Source: Nitrososphaerota archaeon
Lineage (GTDB): Archaea > Thermoproteota > Nitrososphaeria_A > Caldarchaeales > Caldarchaeaceae
Direction: 5' to 3'
DNA: 64,000 nt
NCBI GenBank assembly: GCA_041641305.1
Contig: JBEPYN010000002.1
Span: 448,001 to 512,000, forward strand
The translations under genes were made by a program, and so were the position numbers. The number at the start of each line of letters is the position of its first letter. The stretch's first letter is position 1. This document shows, one piece after another, positions 37,362-47,698 of the stretch. The notes beneath the pieces were generated by a model that was not told the origin of the DNA, did not search any database, and was given only the letters and a program-made list of their open reading frames with translations.

Positions 37362-40300
37362 ATGGTTAGAATAAAGTCGGTGGCTATCACGGGTTTTAAA
37401 TCGTTTGGAAACAAGAGAACCGTGATAAAGCTGCCGCCTGGCCTTGTGGTCATAACGGGGCCCAACGGCGGGGGCAAGTCCACAGTCCTCGACGCCGTAA
37501 AGTTTGCGCTAGGGGAGCTGAGCGCACACAATCTCAGGGTTGACAGGTTTTCTAAGCTGTTGCATGAATCAAGCAAGGGCACTGATGCTCAGGCCCTTGT
37601 GACCCTTACGCTCGACAACTCCGACCACAGCATCCCCGTTGACTCGGAGGAGGTGGTCATAAGCAGACGGCTCTACTCGACAGGTGAAAGCGAATACATG
37701 CTCAACAACCGCATCGTTTCAAGAAACGAGCTTCTCACGATTCTCTCAGCGGCTAACATCAAGCCGGATGGGTTGAACCTTGTGACGCAGGGCTCGGTTG
37801 TGGGCATCGCAGAGATGACGAGCAGGGAGCTTAGGGAGGTTTTAGAGGATGCGGCCGGCATATCCGGCTACAAGAAAAGACGCGACGAAGCTCATAAAGA
37901 GCTTGAAGTTGCACAGAAAAACATAGACATCGCGAAAGCAGCCACTTCGGAGGTAAGGTCACGCGTCAAACAACTTGAGCTGGAACGCAACCAGCTTCTT
38001 CGAAAAACCCTAGCCGAAAAAATCCTCAACAGCTTGAAATCACTCTCTCTTGTCAACGAGTACAAGTCACATGCACAGGCTTTGAAAGAGCTTGACACAC
38101 GTGCAGCTGATCTGTTAAACAGGCTTGCAGAGAAACAGGCAGAGGCCGAAGAGGTTAGAGCTAGGTTGGAGGCTCTCAGGACCGAGGCCGAGGAACTTGG
38201 GGACAGGCAGCGAGAACTGGCCGCCGAGGTCAGCAAAATAGACCGCACAGTTCTCAGCCTCGAGACAGAGAAATCCCGTAAAATAGCTGAGAAAAACTCT
38301 GCGGAAAACGCGTTAAAACAGCTGGACCTACAGCGGAGGTCTCTGGAGACACGTGTCGCAAACTGGCGGGAGAGACAAAAACAGCTCAAGGAGGAACATG
38401 AAAAGAAAACCTTGCAAGTTGAAGACGCACGCGAAAAATGGACTCTTAGGGAGGCAGAGTATAACGATTTCAAGAAACGTGTTGAAGAGCTTCAGAAAGA
38501 GGTCGACGAAGCCGAGAACAGTTACGCGGCAAAAGTGGAGGAGCTGCGTTTCCTCAAGCTCAGCGACGACGGCAAATCCCTTCTCCTCGACAACATCCAG
38601 AAACAGCTGACACGCAAACAGCAGGAGAAAAAAGAGGCTGAGGAAAGGCTTGCAGAGATCAGAAACAGCCTCAGCGAAAAAACCGAGCAACTAACCCATC
38701 TCGTAAAATCTATGGAACAGCTATCCCAGCTGCTAGACAATCAGATAAACACGGCCAATACCATCCAGAGAGAACTCGAATCAAGACGTGAAAAAACCGC
38801 GTCAATCGACAAACTCTTAGAAAAAACTCGTCTACTAAAGGCCGCTGGCCAACAGTTGCTTGAAACACTTCGGTCGGCCGTGAAAGAGGATAGGCGACAG
38901 AGTGGTCTCAAGACTGTTCGCGAAGTTTTTGGTGAGAAGCTCACGGGTGCACATGGGGCTGTTCTCGGTGACTGGCTTAACGCGGTTTTTGTCGCAGATG
39001 TTGAAGCGGCTTTGTCGCTGGCGAGGGAGGCGGCTGAGAAGAAGATTCCGCTTAAGATTGTTGCCGAGTCTCTAGACCTTGATTCGCTGGTGAAGGCCCT
39101 CACCCGCGGTGCAGGGTTTAGGACTGTGGAGTCTGTGAAGCAGCTTCAGCTCGGTGACAGAGACGTGGCCACGATGGACGGCGTGTATGTAGGAGATTCG
39201 GGAATAATCAGCGTCGCCGGCGAAATGGGCGAGGCTGTAGCAGCCGAGAGGGTAAACAGAAGCATCGAAAGGCTCGAAGCGATTGAGGCCAAGCTTCTAA
39301 AGGCGAGGGAAACCTTTGACACGGAGGCCAAGCTCGCGGAAAAACGTCTCAGAGAAATACATGCCGAAATAGAGGAGACGAGGCGGCAGCTAAACTCAAA
39401 GACTCTTGAAAAAACCCGTCTCGAGACAGAGATAAACAACTTCTCCAAATCCATAGAAAACAGCGTCCAACGTCTCAAGCAACTCGAAGACGAGGTCTCG
39501 CGCCTCATTCAGGAAAAGGAGAAGCTAACGCAGCTGTTAACCGATAAGACTGATGAGATTACTGCTCTCACACGTCTGAGACAGGAGGTGGCCGAGAAGA
39601 AGCAGATGCTGAGGAAAGCCGAGGAAGAGATGCGGAGGAAATCGCAGGAATCATCCACATTTTACCGCGCCTATATCAACCTCGAAAGGGAAAGGGATAG
39701 GCTTCTGATTGAGCTTAGGAACATAGAGGAGTCTATTGCTGGTGCAGAGAAAGAGTTTGAGCAGATTGCTCAACGTGAACATGAGCTTGCCGAAGAGCTT
39801 GAGCGACTCCGCGGCATGGTAGAGGAGCTTGACCGGAAAATAGCTGAGGCCAGGGAGGTGAAGGAGAAGGTGGAGACGGAGTTGAGCCAGTTCTCCGGGA
39901 CGCTGGCTGAGAAGAGTAAAGAGGTTAAACAGCTTGAACAGCATCTCGCCACCTTGTTGAACAAGGTTTCTGCACTTGAGAGGGAGAATAACAATTTGGC
40001 TATTGAAAGAGTTCGCATAGAGACCACCCTTAAGTCCATCGGCGAAAGGCTGCAGAGCATCGGCTCACCCGAAGAAGCGGAGACAACTCTCCCCCTTGAA
40101 TTGATCCCACATCTCGAAACAGAGGTGGCCGAGATACCTGTGGTCAACCAGCTTGCGGCTATGCAGTATGATAGCATAATCGAAAACTATCGCCTCCGCT
40201 CCACGAGGATAAACGAGCTCGAGATGGAGAGAAAACGCATACTCGACCTGATCGAGTCTATTAACAGGGAGGAGGTGGACGCTTTCCGCAGAGCCTTGGA

Positions 40301-40739
40301 CAGGGTTTCGGATAGTTTCAGCTTCTACTTTAACCAGTTAACAGGTGGAGAGGGTTTTCTCAAGCTCGAGAACCCCGATGACCCACTCAACTCCGGTGTA
40401 GAGATGCTTGTCAAGTTTGTTGGAAAACAGACCCGGAGCACTGTCTCGATAAGCGGTGGAGAGAAATCGGTGTCAGCGGTTGCGTTGATACTCGCATTAC
40501 AGGACCTGACACCGGCACAGTTCTACATGTTTGACGAAATCGACGCGCACCTCGACGTTGTATACGTCAAAAACCTCGTCAACCTTCTCAAGAAAATGTC
40601 GACCAAGAAACAGATAATAATCATCACTTTGAAGGACATTATCGCGGAGCAGGCGGATGCGTTGTATGGTGTCTACATGGCTAACGAGTCTTCGCATGTT
40701 GTTAGGACGCGGTTGAGCGAGGTGGTTGAGGCTGGATAA
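37362..40739 (+). CDS. smc: Chromosome segregation protein SMC
   Basis: GFKSF, GPNGGGKS, long coiled coils, ISGGEKS, FDEIDAHLD. Confidence 0.96.
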   Translation: MVRIKSVAITGFKSFGNKRTVIKLPPGLVVITGPNGGGKSTVLDAVKFALGELSAHNLRVDRFSKLLHESSKGTDAQALVTLTLDNSDHSIPVDSEEVVISRRLYSTGESEYMLNNRIVSRNELLTILSAANIKPDGLNLVTQGSVVGIAEMTSRELREVLEDAAGISGYKKRRDEAHKELEVAQKNIDIAKAATSEVRSRVKQLELERNQLLRKTLAEKILNSLKSLSLVNEYKSHAQALKELDTRAADLLNRLAEKQAEAEEVRARLEALRTEAEELGDRQRELAAEVSKIDRTVLSLETEKSRKIAEKNSAENALKQLDLQRRSLETRVANWRERQKQLKEEHEKKTLQVEDAREKWTLREAEYNDFKKRVEELQKEVDEAENSYAAKVEELRFLKLSDDGKSLLLDNIQKQLTRKQQEKKEAEERLAEIRNSLSEKTEQLTHLVKSMEQLSQLLDNQINTANTIQRELESRREKTASIDKLLEKTRLLKAAGQQLLETLRSAVKEDRRQSGLKTVREVFGEKLTGAHGAVLGDWLNAVFVADVEAALSLAREAAEKKIPLKIVAESLDLDSLVKALTRGAGFRTVESVKQLQLGDRDVATMDGVYVGDSGIISVAGEMGEAVAAERVNRSIERLEAIEAKLLKARETFDTEAKLAEKRLREIHAEIEETRRQLNSKTLEKTRLETEINNFSKSIENSVQRLKQLEDEVSRLIQEKEKLTQLLTDKTDEITALTRLRQEVAEKKQMLRKAEEEMRRKSQESSTFYRAYINLERERDRLLIELRNIEESIAGAEKEFEQIAQREHELAEELERLRGMVEELDRKIAEAREVKEKVETELSQFSGTLAEKSKEVKQLEQHLATLLNKVSALERENNNLAIERVRIETTLKSIGERLQSIGSPEEAETTLPLELIPHLETEVAEIPVVNQLAAMQYDSIIENYRLRSTRINELEMERKRILDLIESINREEVDAFRRALDRVSDSFSFYFNQLTGGEGFLKLENPDDPLNSGVEMLVKFVGKQTRSTVSISGGEKSVSAVALILALQDLTPAQFYMFDEIDAHLDVVYVKNLVNLLKKMSTKKQIIIITLKDIIAEQADALYGVYMANESSHVVRTRLSEVVEAG

Positions 40740-41415
40740 CGGGTTTGCTGAGCAGCTGATGTCGGCTCCTTGGCGGATACTCTTTGACGTGACACGGCTG
40801 GATAGGGTGAAGGTTTGGGAGGTGAAGCTCTCGGAGGTTTTGACGGAGTTTGCCCAAGTTCTCCGATCACAGGGCTACATAGACTTCAACATCTGCGGAA
40901 TAGCCGTTTACTCCGCCGCCGTCATACATCGGATAAAGAGTGAAAAACTTCTACAAGCCGATCAGCCGCCTAAACCCAAGCCCAAGCCCGAGATAAACAT
41001 CATGCCACCCATCGAGCTCCCCTTCAAACCCGAGCTAATTACAGCAACGCTACAGGAAATCGTGACAGCGCTTCAAAAAGCTCTTTCACAATCAGGCCGC
41101 AGCAAAACCGAGACCGCCACACCCCAGATAATGGAGAACAGGCTGATACTCAACGAGTTCATAGTCAAGATTGAGGAGGAGCTTGACAAGTTTCTCGAAA
41201 AGCTGAGAGAAATATTCAGCGTGAAAACATCTATCACCTTCTCCGAGCTTGTGGAGGGAATGCCCCGTCTCGAGGCCGCCAAAACCTTCATACTTCTCCT
41301 CTTCGCCGCCGCCCGCCGCTATGTTCTGCTTCTCCAACCCGACGAGTTCAGCGACCTCGTCGTCCTTGGGGGTGAGCTTTCTGGAGCCTCAGGCGGACAG
41401 CAAGCTGGTGGCTGA
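40726..41415 (+). CDS. scpA: Kleisin ScpA
   Basis: Follows smc; W...L N-terminus, FILLLF C-terminal wHTH. Confidence 0.85.
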   Translation: MRLDNGFAEQLMSAPWRILFDVTRLDRVKVWEVKLSEVLTEFAQVLRSQGYIDFNICGIAVYSAAVIHRIKSEKLLQADQPPKPKPKPEINIMPPIELPFKPELITATLQEIVTALQKALSQSGRSKTETATPQIMENRLILNEFIVKIEEELDKFLEKLREIFSVKTSITFSELVEGMPRLEAAKTFILLLFAAARRYVLLLQPDEFSDLVVLGGELSGASGGQQAGG

Positions 41416-41983
41416 GGCCCTCCTATTCGCGTCAGACAAACCCGTGGACATCAAGACGCTGCAGCGCGCTCTCCGAACAAGGTCACCTGAAAAGGTTCGG
41501 AAAATTCTGGAGATGTTGAAGAACGAGTACAGCGGGAGAGCTGTGGAGATAGTTGAGCTGGACGGCGGGCGATACTACATGCGGCTGAGACCCGACCTCG
41601 CAGCCCATGTCAAAAAATATACACGCCGCAAGATGCTTCCACACGGTGTCCTCAAAACCTTGGCGACAATCGCATACTACCAGCCCATACCGCTTTCAAC
41701 ACTCGCGGCAATACGTGGAAAAGACAGCTACAGGCAAATCAAGATACTTCAGGAAAGAGGGTTGGTCGAGTCTGAGAAAAAAGGCCGCACATCCGTTCTA
41801 AGGACTTCTCGACTTTTCGCGGACTTTTTCGGCGTGGAGAACACCCCGGCCTCCATCAAGTCGCTCATAGAAAAGATGCTTGCCTCGGGAGGTGAAACAA
41901 GTATAAAACATGCTTCAACTCCGAAGAAGCAGAATGGTTCAGTGGCACAGCGACCTTCACAAACGCAAAAAGACGGGGGCTAA
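41372..41983 (+). CDS. scpB: ScpB
   Basis: EALLF, LKTLATIAYYQPI, IRG, T..F...FG. Confidence 0.92.
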   Translation: MSFLEPQADSKLVAEALLFASDKPVDIKTLQRALRTRSPEKVRKILEMLKNEYSGRAVEIVELDGGRYYMRLRPDLAAHVKKYTRRKMLPHGVLKTLATIAYYQPIPLSTLAAIRGKDSYRQIKILQERGLVESEKKGRTSVLRTSRLFADFFGVENTPASIKSLIEKMLASGGETSIKHASTPKKQNGSVAQRPSQTQKDGG

Positions 41984-42323
41984 GGCTCATCCAGCCAGGA
42001 GTAGGAGAAAGAGGGAACGCGGCGGCGAGATAAACCTTGTCTCGCTTGGGGAGCAAAAAGTGGTTACACGTAGAGCATCAGGCGGAAACCTTAAGGCAGC
42101 TGTTCTATCGACGAAAACAGCCAACGTCGCAGTCGGCTCCGTTGTCAAGCGTCTCGAGATACTCCGCGTAGTATCCAACCCCAGCAACAGAGACTATGAC
42201 AGAAGAAAAGTCATCACCAAAGGCACATTAATAGAGACGCCTGAGGGTCTCGCAAGGGTCACGTCAAGCCCCGGACAAGACGGCACAGTCAACGCCGTTC
42301 TCGTGAAGCAGGGAGGGGCTTGA
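41934..42323 (+). CDS. rps8e: 30S ribosomal protein S8e
   Basis: KRKKTG, NPSN.DY.RR.VITKG, SPGQDG.VNA. Confidence 0.96.
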   Translation: MVQWHSDLHKRKKTGAKAHPARSRRKRERGGEINLVSLGEQKVVTRRASGGNLKAAVLSTKTANVAVGSVVKRLEILRVVSNPSNRDYDRRKVITKGTLIETPEGLARVTSSPGQDGTVNAVLVKQGGA

Positions 42324-42607
42324 TTAGACGTGATGGCTTGATTTTGTGGCCTGTTTACTTCGACTCTAAGAGCAGCCGTAAACAGGGGCGTCGTGTTTCA
42401 CGCGGTCTCGCGGTTCAGAGGCCGTCGGCGGATGATTTGGCGGCGGCGTGTAGGAGGCTTGGCTACGAGGTTGAGAAGGCTGAGGCTGCTTACCCTCGGC
42501 GATGGAGCAGGAGAACTGGCTATGTTGTCGTGAAGCCGCGGCCGAAGATGTCGAAGAACATGTTTCTCAAGATGGTTGCGGAAGAGATGCGGAAACATGG
42601 TAAGTAG
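42320..42607 (+). CDS. srp19: SRP19
   Basis: LWPVYFD...SR..GRRV, YPR.W. Confidence 0.93.
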   Translation: MIRRDGLILWPVYFDSKSSRKQGRRVSRGLAVQRPSADDLAAACRRLGYEVEKAEAAYPRRWSRRTGYVVVKPRPKMSKNMFLKMVAEEMRKHGK

Positions 42608-42845
42608 ACAGACGCTGCGAAGGCTAAAGCTTCTCGGAGAAGTCCTCCACATCCGCAGGGACTACCTCGTCATCAGGGCCTACACCGTGCCACGGCTCGG
42701 CGACAAAGTCTACAACGGCAAGGGCAGAGAAGTTGGTTATGTCTCAAACATATTTGGGCCTGTGTCGTCTCCGTACGTGGCTGTTAAGCCCGCTGCGGAG
42801 GCTGAGGTTGTGGAGGGTGAGGCGCTATACGTGGAGAAGAGCTGA
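42597..42845 (+). CDS. gar1: H/ACA RNP protein Gar1
   Basis: LG.VLH, VG.V..IFGPV..PY. Confidence 0.9.
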   Translation: MVSRQTLRRLKLLGEVLHIRRDYLVIRAYTVPRLGDKVYNGKGREVGYVSNIFGPVSSPYVAVKPAAEAEVVEGEALYVEKS

Positions 42846-43636
42846 GAATTTGTCCACAGTGTGGAGAGCCTTCACTCGTTAACGACCCTGCTTCGGGCGA
42901 GCTTTTCTGCAGCGTCTGCGGCTCGGTTGTAGAGGAGAGAGCAGCATCAACAACTCCCACTAAGAAAATGTTGCTCGACCCCAGGGGCGGGGTAGGGCCT
43001 AGGGTTACAAGCCTTCTACACGACGGGGGAATAGGGACAATCAGCAAGGGCCGCTTGTTCTCCGCTGACGAGAGGTTGTTGAGTCGGTTGCTGAGCGAAG
43101 TTTTCTGGATAGCCGACAAGGCCGGTCTACCTCGTCAAACAGCCGAGGGAGCGGGGGAGCTCGCGAAAAAAGCTGTCGCATCGAAGCTGGTCAAGCGCTC
43201 GAGAAGACCCGCCGCAGCGGCTCTGGTTTACCTGTCATCAAACAGCAACGGCCTCTGCAAATCCCTGGAAGAGATTGCCTCGGCGGCCGATGTCCCCCTC
43301 AACCAGCTCAACCGAGAGGTATCCAAGCTCGTTTTCGGCCTCAACCTGAAGCTCAAACCATTCAACATCGCAGCCCTAATAGACAAGCTGACACGGACCC
43401 TGGAGCTGCCGCCAACCCTGGCCAACACAGCCTGCAGAATCTACCAATCTGCAGCCAATTCAGGCAAACTTTCAGGCAGAAAGCCAGCCACCATATCCGC
43501 GGCCGCGGTCTATCTAGCCTGCCGCCGAGAAGGAGTAAAGAAGCCCCTCAGCACCGTCTCCGAAGCAGCGGGGGTCAGCGTCCTAACCCTCCGCAAAGCC
43601 ATAGCCCTTCTCGAATCAACCGCCGAAACATATTAG
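42842..43636 (+). CDS. tfb: Transcription initiation factor IIB-family protein (short), probable CTG start
   Basis: Zn ribbon CPQC...CSVCG in frame upstream of the first ATG (42968); two cyclin repeats (AAALVY, GRKP.TISAAAVY). Confidence 0.85.
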   Translation: MRICPQCGEPSLVNDPASGELFCSVCGSVVEERAASTTPTKKMLLDPRGGVGPRVTSLLHDGGIGTISKGRLFSADERLLSRLLSEVFWIADKAGLPRQTAEGAGELAKKAVASKLVKRSRRPAAAALVYLSSNSNGLCKSLEEIASAADVPLNQLNREVSKLVFGLNLKLKPFNIAALIDKLTRTLELPPTLANTACRIYQSAANSGKLSGRKPATISAAAVYLACRREGVKKPLSTVSEAAGVSVLTLRKAIALLESTAETY

Positions 43637-43686
43637 ATGAGACATCTTTATCAATAAGCAGTGCGTTTATATCATTTTGGGTAAAC

Positions 43687-44034
43687 TTGCCTGCGAAGCT
43701 TTCTAAGCTGGAGGAGAAGGCGTTAGCGCTGTTGATGCAGAATGAAGTGGGGATGCTTCAGTCGGAGCTGTGGCATAAGCTGGGGGTGACGAGCCGTGAG
43801 GGCTCGAGGATAGGTATTAAGCTGGAGCGTAAAGGCTACATTAAACGGGTTAAGGCTTTCAGCAACGATAGGTGGACGCGGAGGCTTGTCCCCCTCATTA
43901 AGCAGATAAACATAGAGCCGCTTGTCGGCGTGCCCTGTCCCTCATGTGTGTATGACAACGTCTGTGGACCGAGAGGCGAACCCCACTACAAAACATGCAT
44001 ATTGCTAGAGGAGTGGCTGAGCGGCCAGAAGTAA
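43687..44034 (+). CDS. TFE beta / RPC34-like wHTH + Fe-S protein
   Basis: QSELW..LG..SREGSR...KLE; C-terminal PCPSC...C...C...WL; next to tfb. Confidence 0.8.
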   Translation: MPAKLSKLEEKALALLMQNEVGMLQSELWHKLGVTSREGSRIGIKLERKGYIKRVKAFSNDRWTRRLVPLIKQINIEPLVGVPCPSCVYDNVCGPRGEPHYKTCILLEEWLSGQK

Positions 44035-44714
44035 AGTTGACGAAGGAGCAGTGGCTTCAGCGGAGAAGGGAAGACCCTTATTGGCGGAAAGCCAAGGAAA
44101 TGGGCTATCCCTCACGCGCCGCCTTCAAGCTTCTCGAGATACAGAAAAGATGGAAGATTATCCGCGAGGGTCATAGGGTGCTTGACCTGGGGGCCGCGCC
44201 CGGGGGAATGGCGGCGGTCGCGTCAGACATCGTCGGCGAGAAAGGATTGGTGGTGGCGGTGGACAGGGAGCCTCTTCAGCTTGAATGGCCGAACATAGTC
44301 TCGATAACGGCCGACATCTACGAAGCACGGTTGACCAGAGAGGTTCAAGAAGCTTTGGGCCAAGGTTTTTGCGACATCGTGGTCTCCGACCTCTCCCCCC
44401 ACCACTCGGGAGACTATGACTTGTTGGTGGAGCAGCAGATAGACCTCCTCGAGGCAAGCCTCAACCTTTGCCACAGGTTTCTCCGAAAGGGTGGAAACGC
44501 GGTGTTCAAGGCCTTTGAACATCCTCGTCTAAGGGTTTTCGAGAGGAAGATGATGACGTGTTTCTGGAGGGTTGAGCGTTATGTGCCCCGGTCAACCAAG
44601 AAGGGGAGCAGCGAAATCTTTCTCCTCGGCCTCGGCTACCGGGGCCCGGCTAGGCGTCGGATGCTCGACCAGCGGCGGCCCTCAACACATCCTCAAGAGG
44701 AGCATCAGTCTTGA
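43995..44714 (+). CDS. rlmE: RlmE/FtsJ rRNA 2'-O-methyltransferase (start may be slightly downstream)
   Basis: DPY..KAK..GY.SRAAFKL, LDLGAAPGG, VSD.SP, SSE. Confidence 0.92.
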   Translation: MHIARGVAERPEVKLTKEQWLQRRREDPYWRKAKEMGYPSRAAFKLLEIQKRWKIIREGHRVLDLGAAPGGMAAVASDIVGEKGLVVAVDREPLQLEWPNIVSITADIYEARLTREVQEALGQGFCDIVVSDLSPHHSGDYDLLVEQQIDLLEASLNLCHRFLRKGGNAVFKAFEHPRLRVFERKMMTCFWRVERYVPRSTKKGSSEIFLLGLGYRGPARRRMLDQRRPSTHPQEEHQS

Positions 44715-45840
44715 CAGCCGTCGGGTCCACGTGAGTTAGCGAGGCCCTGTAACCCATCGACCTCAAAGAAGCAACAAGCACTATCGGCGACCGAGGCGTC
44801 GAACCAGTTACATGAGCTATCCTATCCACAGGATAATAGCCGACAACGTCCACCTCCCCGCTTATCCTCTCTAAAACTTTCTGAGCCTTCGGCAAATCCA
44901 TGGACTGTGCGAGCATCTTCTCAACATGTTCTTCGCTGTGTAGAGGCCCCAGCCAAGCAGGCCCTACAACCGAAGCCTTGCCCCCGCATCTCGGGCAAAC
45001 CCTACTTGGGAAATCATGCAGTTGAGAGATTTCGCTGTATAGGCAGTTGCAGGCTTTTATCCATCCCATTTTCTCGAGCAACTTGATTACACGAGACCTG
45101 CCGCGGAGAACGTGGAAAAATACGCGGACAAAGTGTCTGTGCTGGACGCTGAGAACAGGTGTTGCCGCTATGTTCAACGCGGCTCCACGTATTATGACGA
45201 ATGATGCGAGGAGGCGGAGAGCCGCTTCCTTGGCGAAAAAAGTTTTCCCAGAGTATAGCCCGTATTTTCTGAAGCATGTCTCGGGATGGTTTCCGACGAG
45301 AGGCGCCAAGTCCGTGGCGGAGACACCTATGTATCCGCCGTTCGCAACAGCGCGCAGACTGTTTTCCACAAACTTTACGGGGGCGCCTACCGGGTCCACA
45401 TCAACATAGTGAACCCGCTCCCGCCATCCGCTAAGCCGCGTCAAAAACACAGCAGCATCACCCTCGAAAATCTCGCATCTACCTGCTACACCGTTCCACT
45501 CCGCGTTGAGGCGCATGACTTTCACCGCGTTTGGGTTGATGTCGTTCATCAAAACCCGTGTAACCGTGTTTGTCTCAACAAGCAGACGAATGGCTCTTAC
45601 ACCGGAGCCGGCGAGAGGCTCCGCTGCAACAGCCCCTTCGCCAAATGTTCTGGCCAAAATAACTGTCAAGTCTCTTGACAGTGCTGAGAAGGGGTTGTAG
45701 AAGACTGGGGAGCGTGTCGGAGCGGCTGGTTCACCGACGTTCGTCGTCGGAAACACGGGAGCCACAAACTCTACACGCCCCTCGCGGTACCATTTCGCCG
45801 GAAAACCCAGCGACTCCAACAAGCTCAGCTTCTCAGCCAC
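44650..45840 (-). CDS. trm1: tRNA (guanine26-N2)-dimethyltransferase
   Basis: VFYNP...SRD, LAGSGVR.IR, DVDP.G, SATD, KTDAP. Confidence 0.93.
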   Translation of the reverse strand: MAEKLSLLESLGFPAKWYREGRVEFVAPVFPTTNVGEPAAPTRSPVFYNPFSALSRDLTVILARTFGEGAVAAEPLAGSGVRAIRLLVETNTVTRVLMNDINPNAVKVMRLNAEWNGVAGRCEIFEGDAAVFLTRLSGWRERVHYVDVDPVGAPVKFVENSLRAVANGGYIGVSATDLAPLVGNHPETCFRKYGLYSGKTFFAKEAALRLLASFVIIRGAALNIAATPVLSVQHRHFVRVFFHVLRGRSRVIKLLEKMGWIKACNCLYSEISQLHDFPSRVCPRCGGKASVVGPAWLGPLHSEEHVEKMLAQSMDLPKAQKVLERISGEVDVVGYYPVDRIAHVTGSTPRSPIVLVASLRSMGYRASLTHVDPTAVKTDAPLEDVLRAAAGRASDA

Positions 45841-46373
45841 CTCTTCACCACCTCGTAAACAACCCTCGGAACCCTATCCCTATTCACCGTGTCGAGAACA
45901 TAGAGGTTTTCCCCAGCCATTTTCCTTATCGTCTGTGCCACGGGATGTGTGGCGGATACGTGGACGGTGAAGACCGAGGGTTTACCGCCGTGCAGAATTT
46001 TTTCCACGGTTTCCACGAATTTGTTGCTGAGAAGCTCCATAGGCCCCACCTCATCCACCGCCAAGACATCACATGTTGCCAAGCTTCTTTCAAGAGAGGC
46101 TACGCCAAGCCTCTCCAAATTGTCCAACATGACGACGTATTTGCCTATGCGGGGGCCTGCTCCAGCCGAAACCGATGCAAGCAACGCCTTTTCACCGCTC
46201 GTGATGTCCACGAGCTCAAACCCTTTCCTCACACCAGCCTCCCGAAGCTCACGGGTGTAGAAACCTCCCACCCTGAAGCCATCTCCCCTAAGCATCTCAA
46301 CAACACGCATCATCGCTGTTGTCTTTCCTACGCCTGGGCGGCCTGTAAACGCCGCTATCCTAGAACTCGTCAA
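45825..46373 (-). CDS. THEP1-family NTPase
   Basis: TGRPGVGKTT, GGFYT.E.R, VDEVGPMEL. Confidence 0.92.
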   Translation of the reverse strand: MTSSRIAAFTGRPGVGKTTAMMRVVEMLRGDGFRVGGFYTRELREAGVRKGFELVDITSGEKALLASVSAGAGPRIGKYVVMLDNLERLGVASLERSLATCDVLAVDEVGPMELLSNKFVETVEKILHGGKPSVFTVHVSATHPVAQTIRKMAGENLYVLDTVNRDRVPRVVYEVVKRWLRS

Positions 46374-47025
46374 GCCTTGTTTGTTTGAGGTTTTCAAGGG
46401 TGGCCCATCCCATGCGAATGTATGGTCTGATAGCAGGTTGTTCAAGGTTTTCGAGGAGCCATTTCCGTGTCCTCGGGTCTGATGGGTATCCTGAGCCGAA
46501 GTCTCCCAGCCGCCGCCTCAGCATCTCCACTCTCCTGTCACGCACCACTTTCGCAACAATAGAGGCCGCCGCGACCAAAACATGCCTCCTATCACCCTCC
46601 ACCATACACTTAACCTCCATATCCGCGTCAATCTTCTCCAAAAGCCGTCGGCGAGCACGTCGTACATCCCTGTCAGGCGAGTCAACAAACACCACACGAG
46701 GCCCAATTCTCCGCACAAGCTCCGCCATCACATCATATTCCAGATTGTTCAACCCCTCGCCGCCGTTAACCCTTAGACACGACGATATACGCCTCGGCGT
46801 AACCACCATATACCCGAGCCGAAAATTCTCCCGCAGCTTCTCAAAAATCTCCTCCCTTCTTTGCGGGGAAAGCGTCTTCGAGTCAGCCACCCCCAAACCT
46901 TTGAAGATAGGTAGTTCATCGTGCTCGGCGGCGACAGCGGCTATAACCAGAGGCCCAACCACACAGCCTCTCCCAGCCTCGTCAACACCGCAGAGCAAGC
47001 CCTTAGCCAAGGTAAATCGCCGCAA
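46360..47025 (-). CDS. rnhB: Ribonuclease HII
   Basis: GVDEAGRG, DSK.L, AAASIVAKV.RD, GSGYPSDP. Confidence 0.97.
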   Translation of the reverse strand: MRRFTLAKGLLCGVDEAGRGCVVGPLVIAAVAAEHDELPIFKGLGVADSKTLSPQRREEIFEKLRENFRLGYMVVTPRRISSCLRVNGGEGLNNLEYDVMAELVRRIGPRVVFVDSPDRDVRRARRRLLEKIDADMEVKCMVEGDRRHVLVAAASIVAKVVRDRRVEMLRRRLGDFGSGYPSDPRTRKWLLENLEQPAIRPYIRMGWATLENLKQTRLDEF

Positions 47026-47698
47026 CCATCACATGATCTTTCTCAAAAGGCTCGAGGCCGAGTGTCTCCTTTATCTCGAACCCGCTTGAGGCAAGCGTGC
47101 GCACCTCACGGTCGACCACTTTTCCCGGATCCTCGACGCTGTCGATGCTCCGCGCCTTCACAGCAAGCAGAAGACCCCCACCTCTTCGCAGCATAAGCCT
47201 CGCATTAGCGGCAACGAGGTCAGCTTGAGCGGGCCAAGCGACGTCGGCGTAGATAACATCCACGACACCGACGAGATGTGCATAGGTCTCGGGCTTCGAC
47301 GCATCAGCCAAAATAGGGACAACATTTCTCCTCCGCTCAGCGACTTTCTGGATAAACTGCTGCATAACCTTTGGAGCAAAATCAACGCCATACACAATTC
47401 CACGCAGCCCCACGATGTCTGAGACATGCGACGCAGTTGTCCCAGAAGCCGAGCCGAGATAAAGAACCCTAGACCCGGGACGGATGAAAATCTCCCTCAC
47501 ATCCTTTATGATGGCCGCGGCGAGCTTGCTTCGGAAAGGGTTCCAGACACGGTACTCCACATCATCCACTCTAACCAGCTCTTCTCCATAGACTTGGAAC
47601 CCGGGGTCAAGGCTCCTGGTCGCGGGCCTCAGCCCCTCAACACCCTCGACAACATAAACACCCTCAAAGCGTGGATGAGGCTTAACCGACACCTTCAA
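47003..47698 (-). CDS. flpA: Fibrillarin
   Basis: YRVWNPFRSKLAA, VLYLG.ASGTT.SHVSD. Confidence 0.97.
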   Translation of the reverse strand: MKVSVKPHPRFEGVYVVEGVEGLRPATRSLDPGFQVYGEELVRVDDVEYRVWNPFRSKLAAAIIKDVREIFIRPGSRVLYLGSASGTTASHVSDIVGLRGIVYGVDFAPKVMQQFIQKVAERRRNVVPILADASKPETYAHLVGVVDVIYADVAWPAQADLVAANARLMLRRGGGLLLAVKARSIDSVEDPGKVVDREVRTLASSGFEIKETLGLEPFEKDHVMVAAIYLG

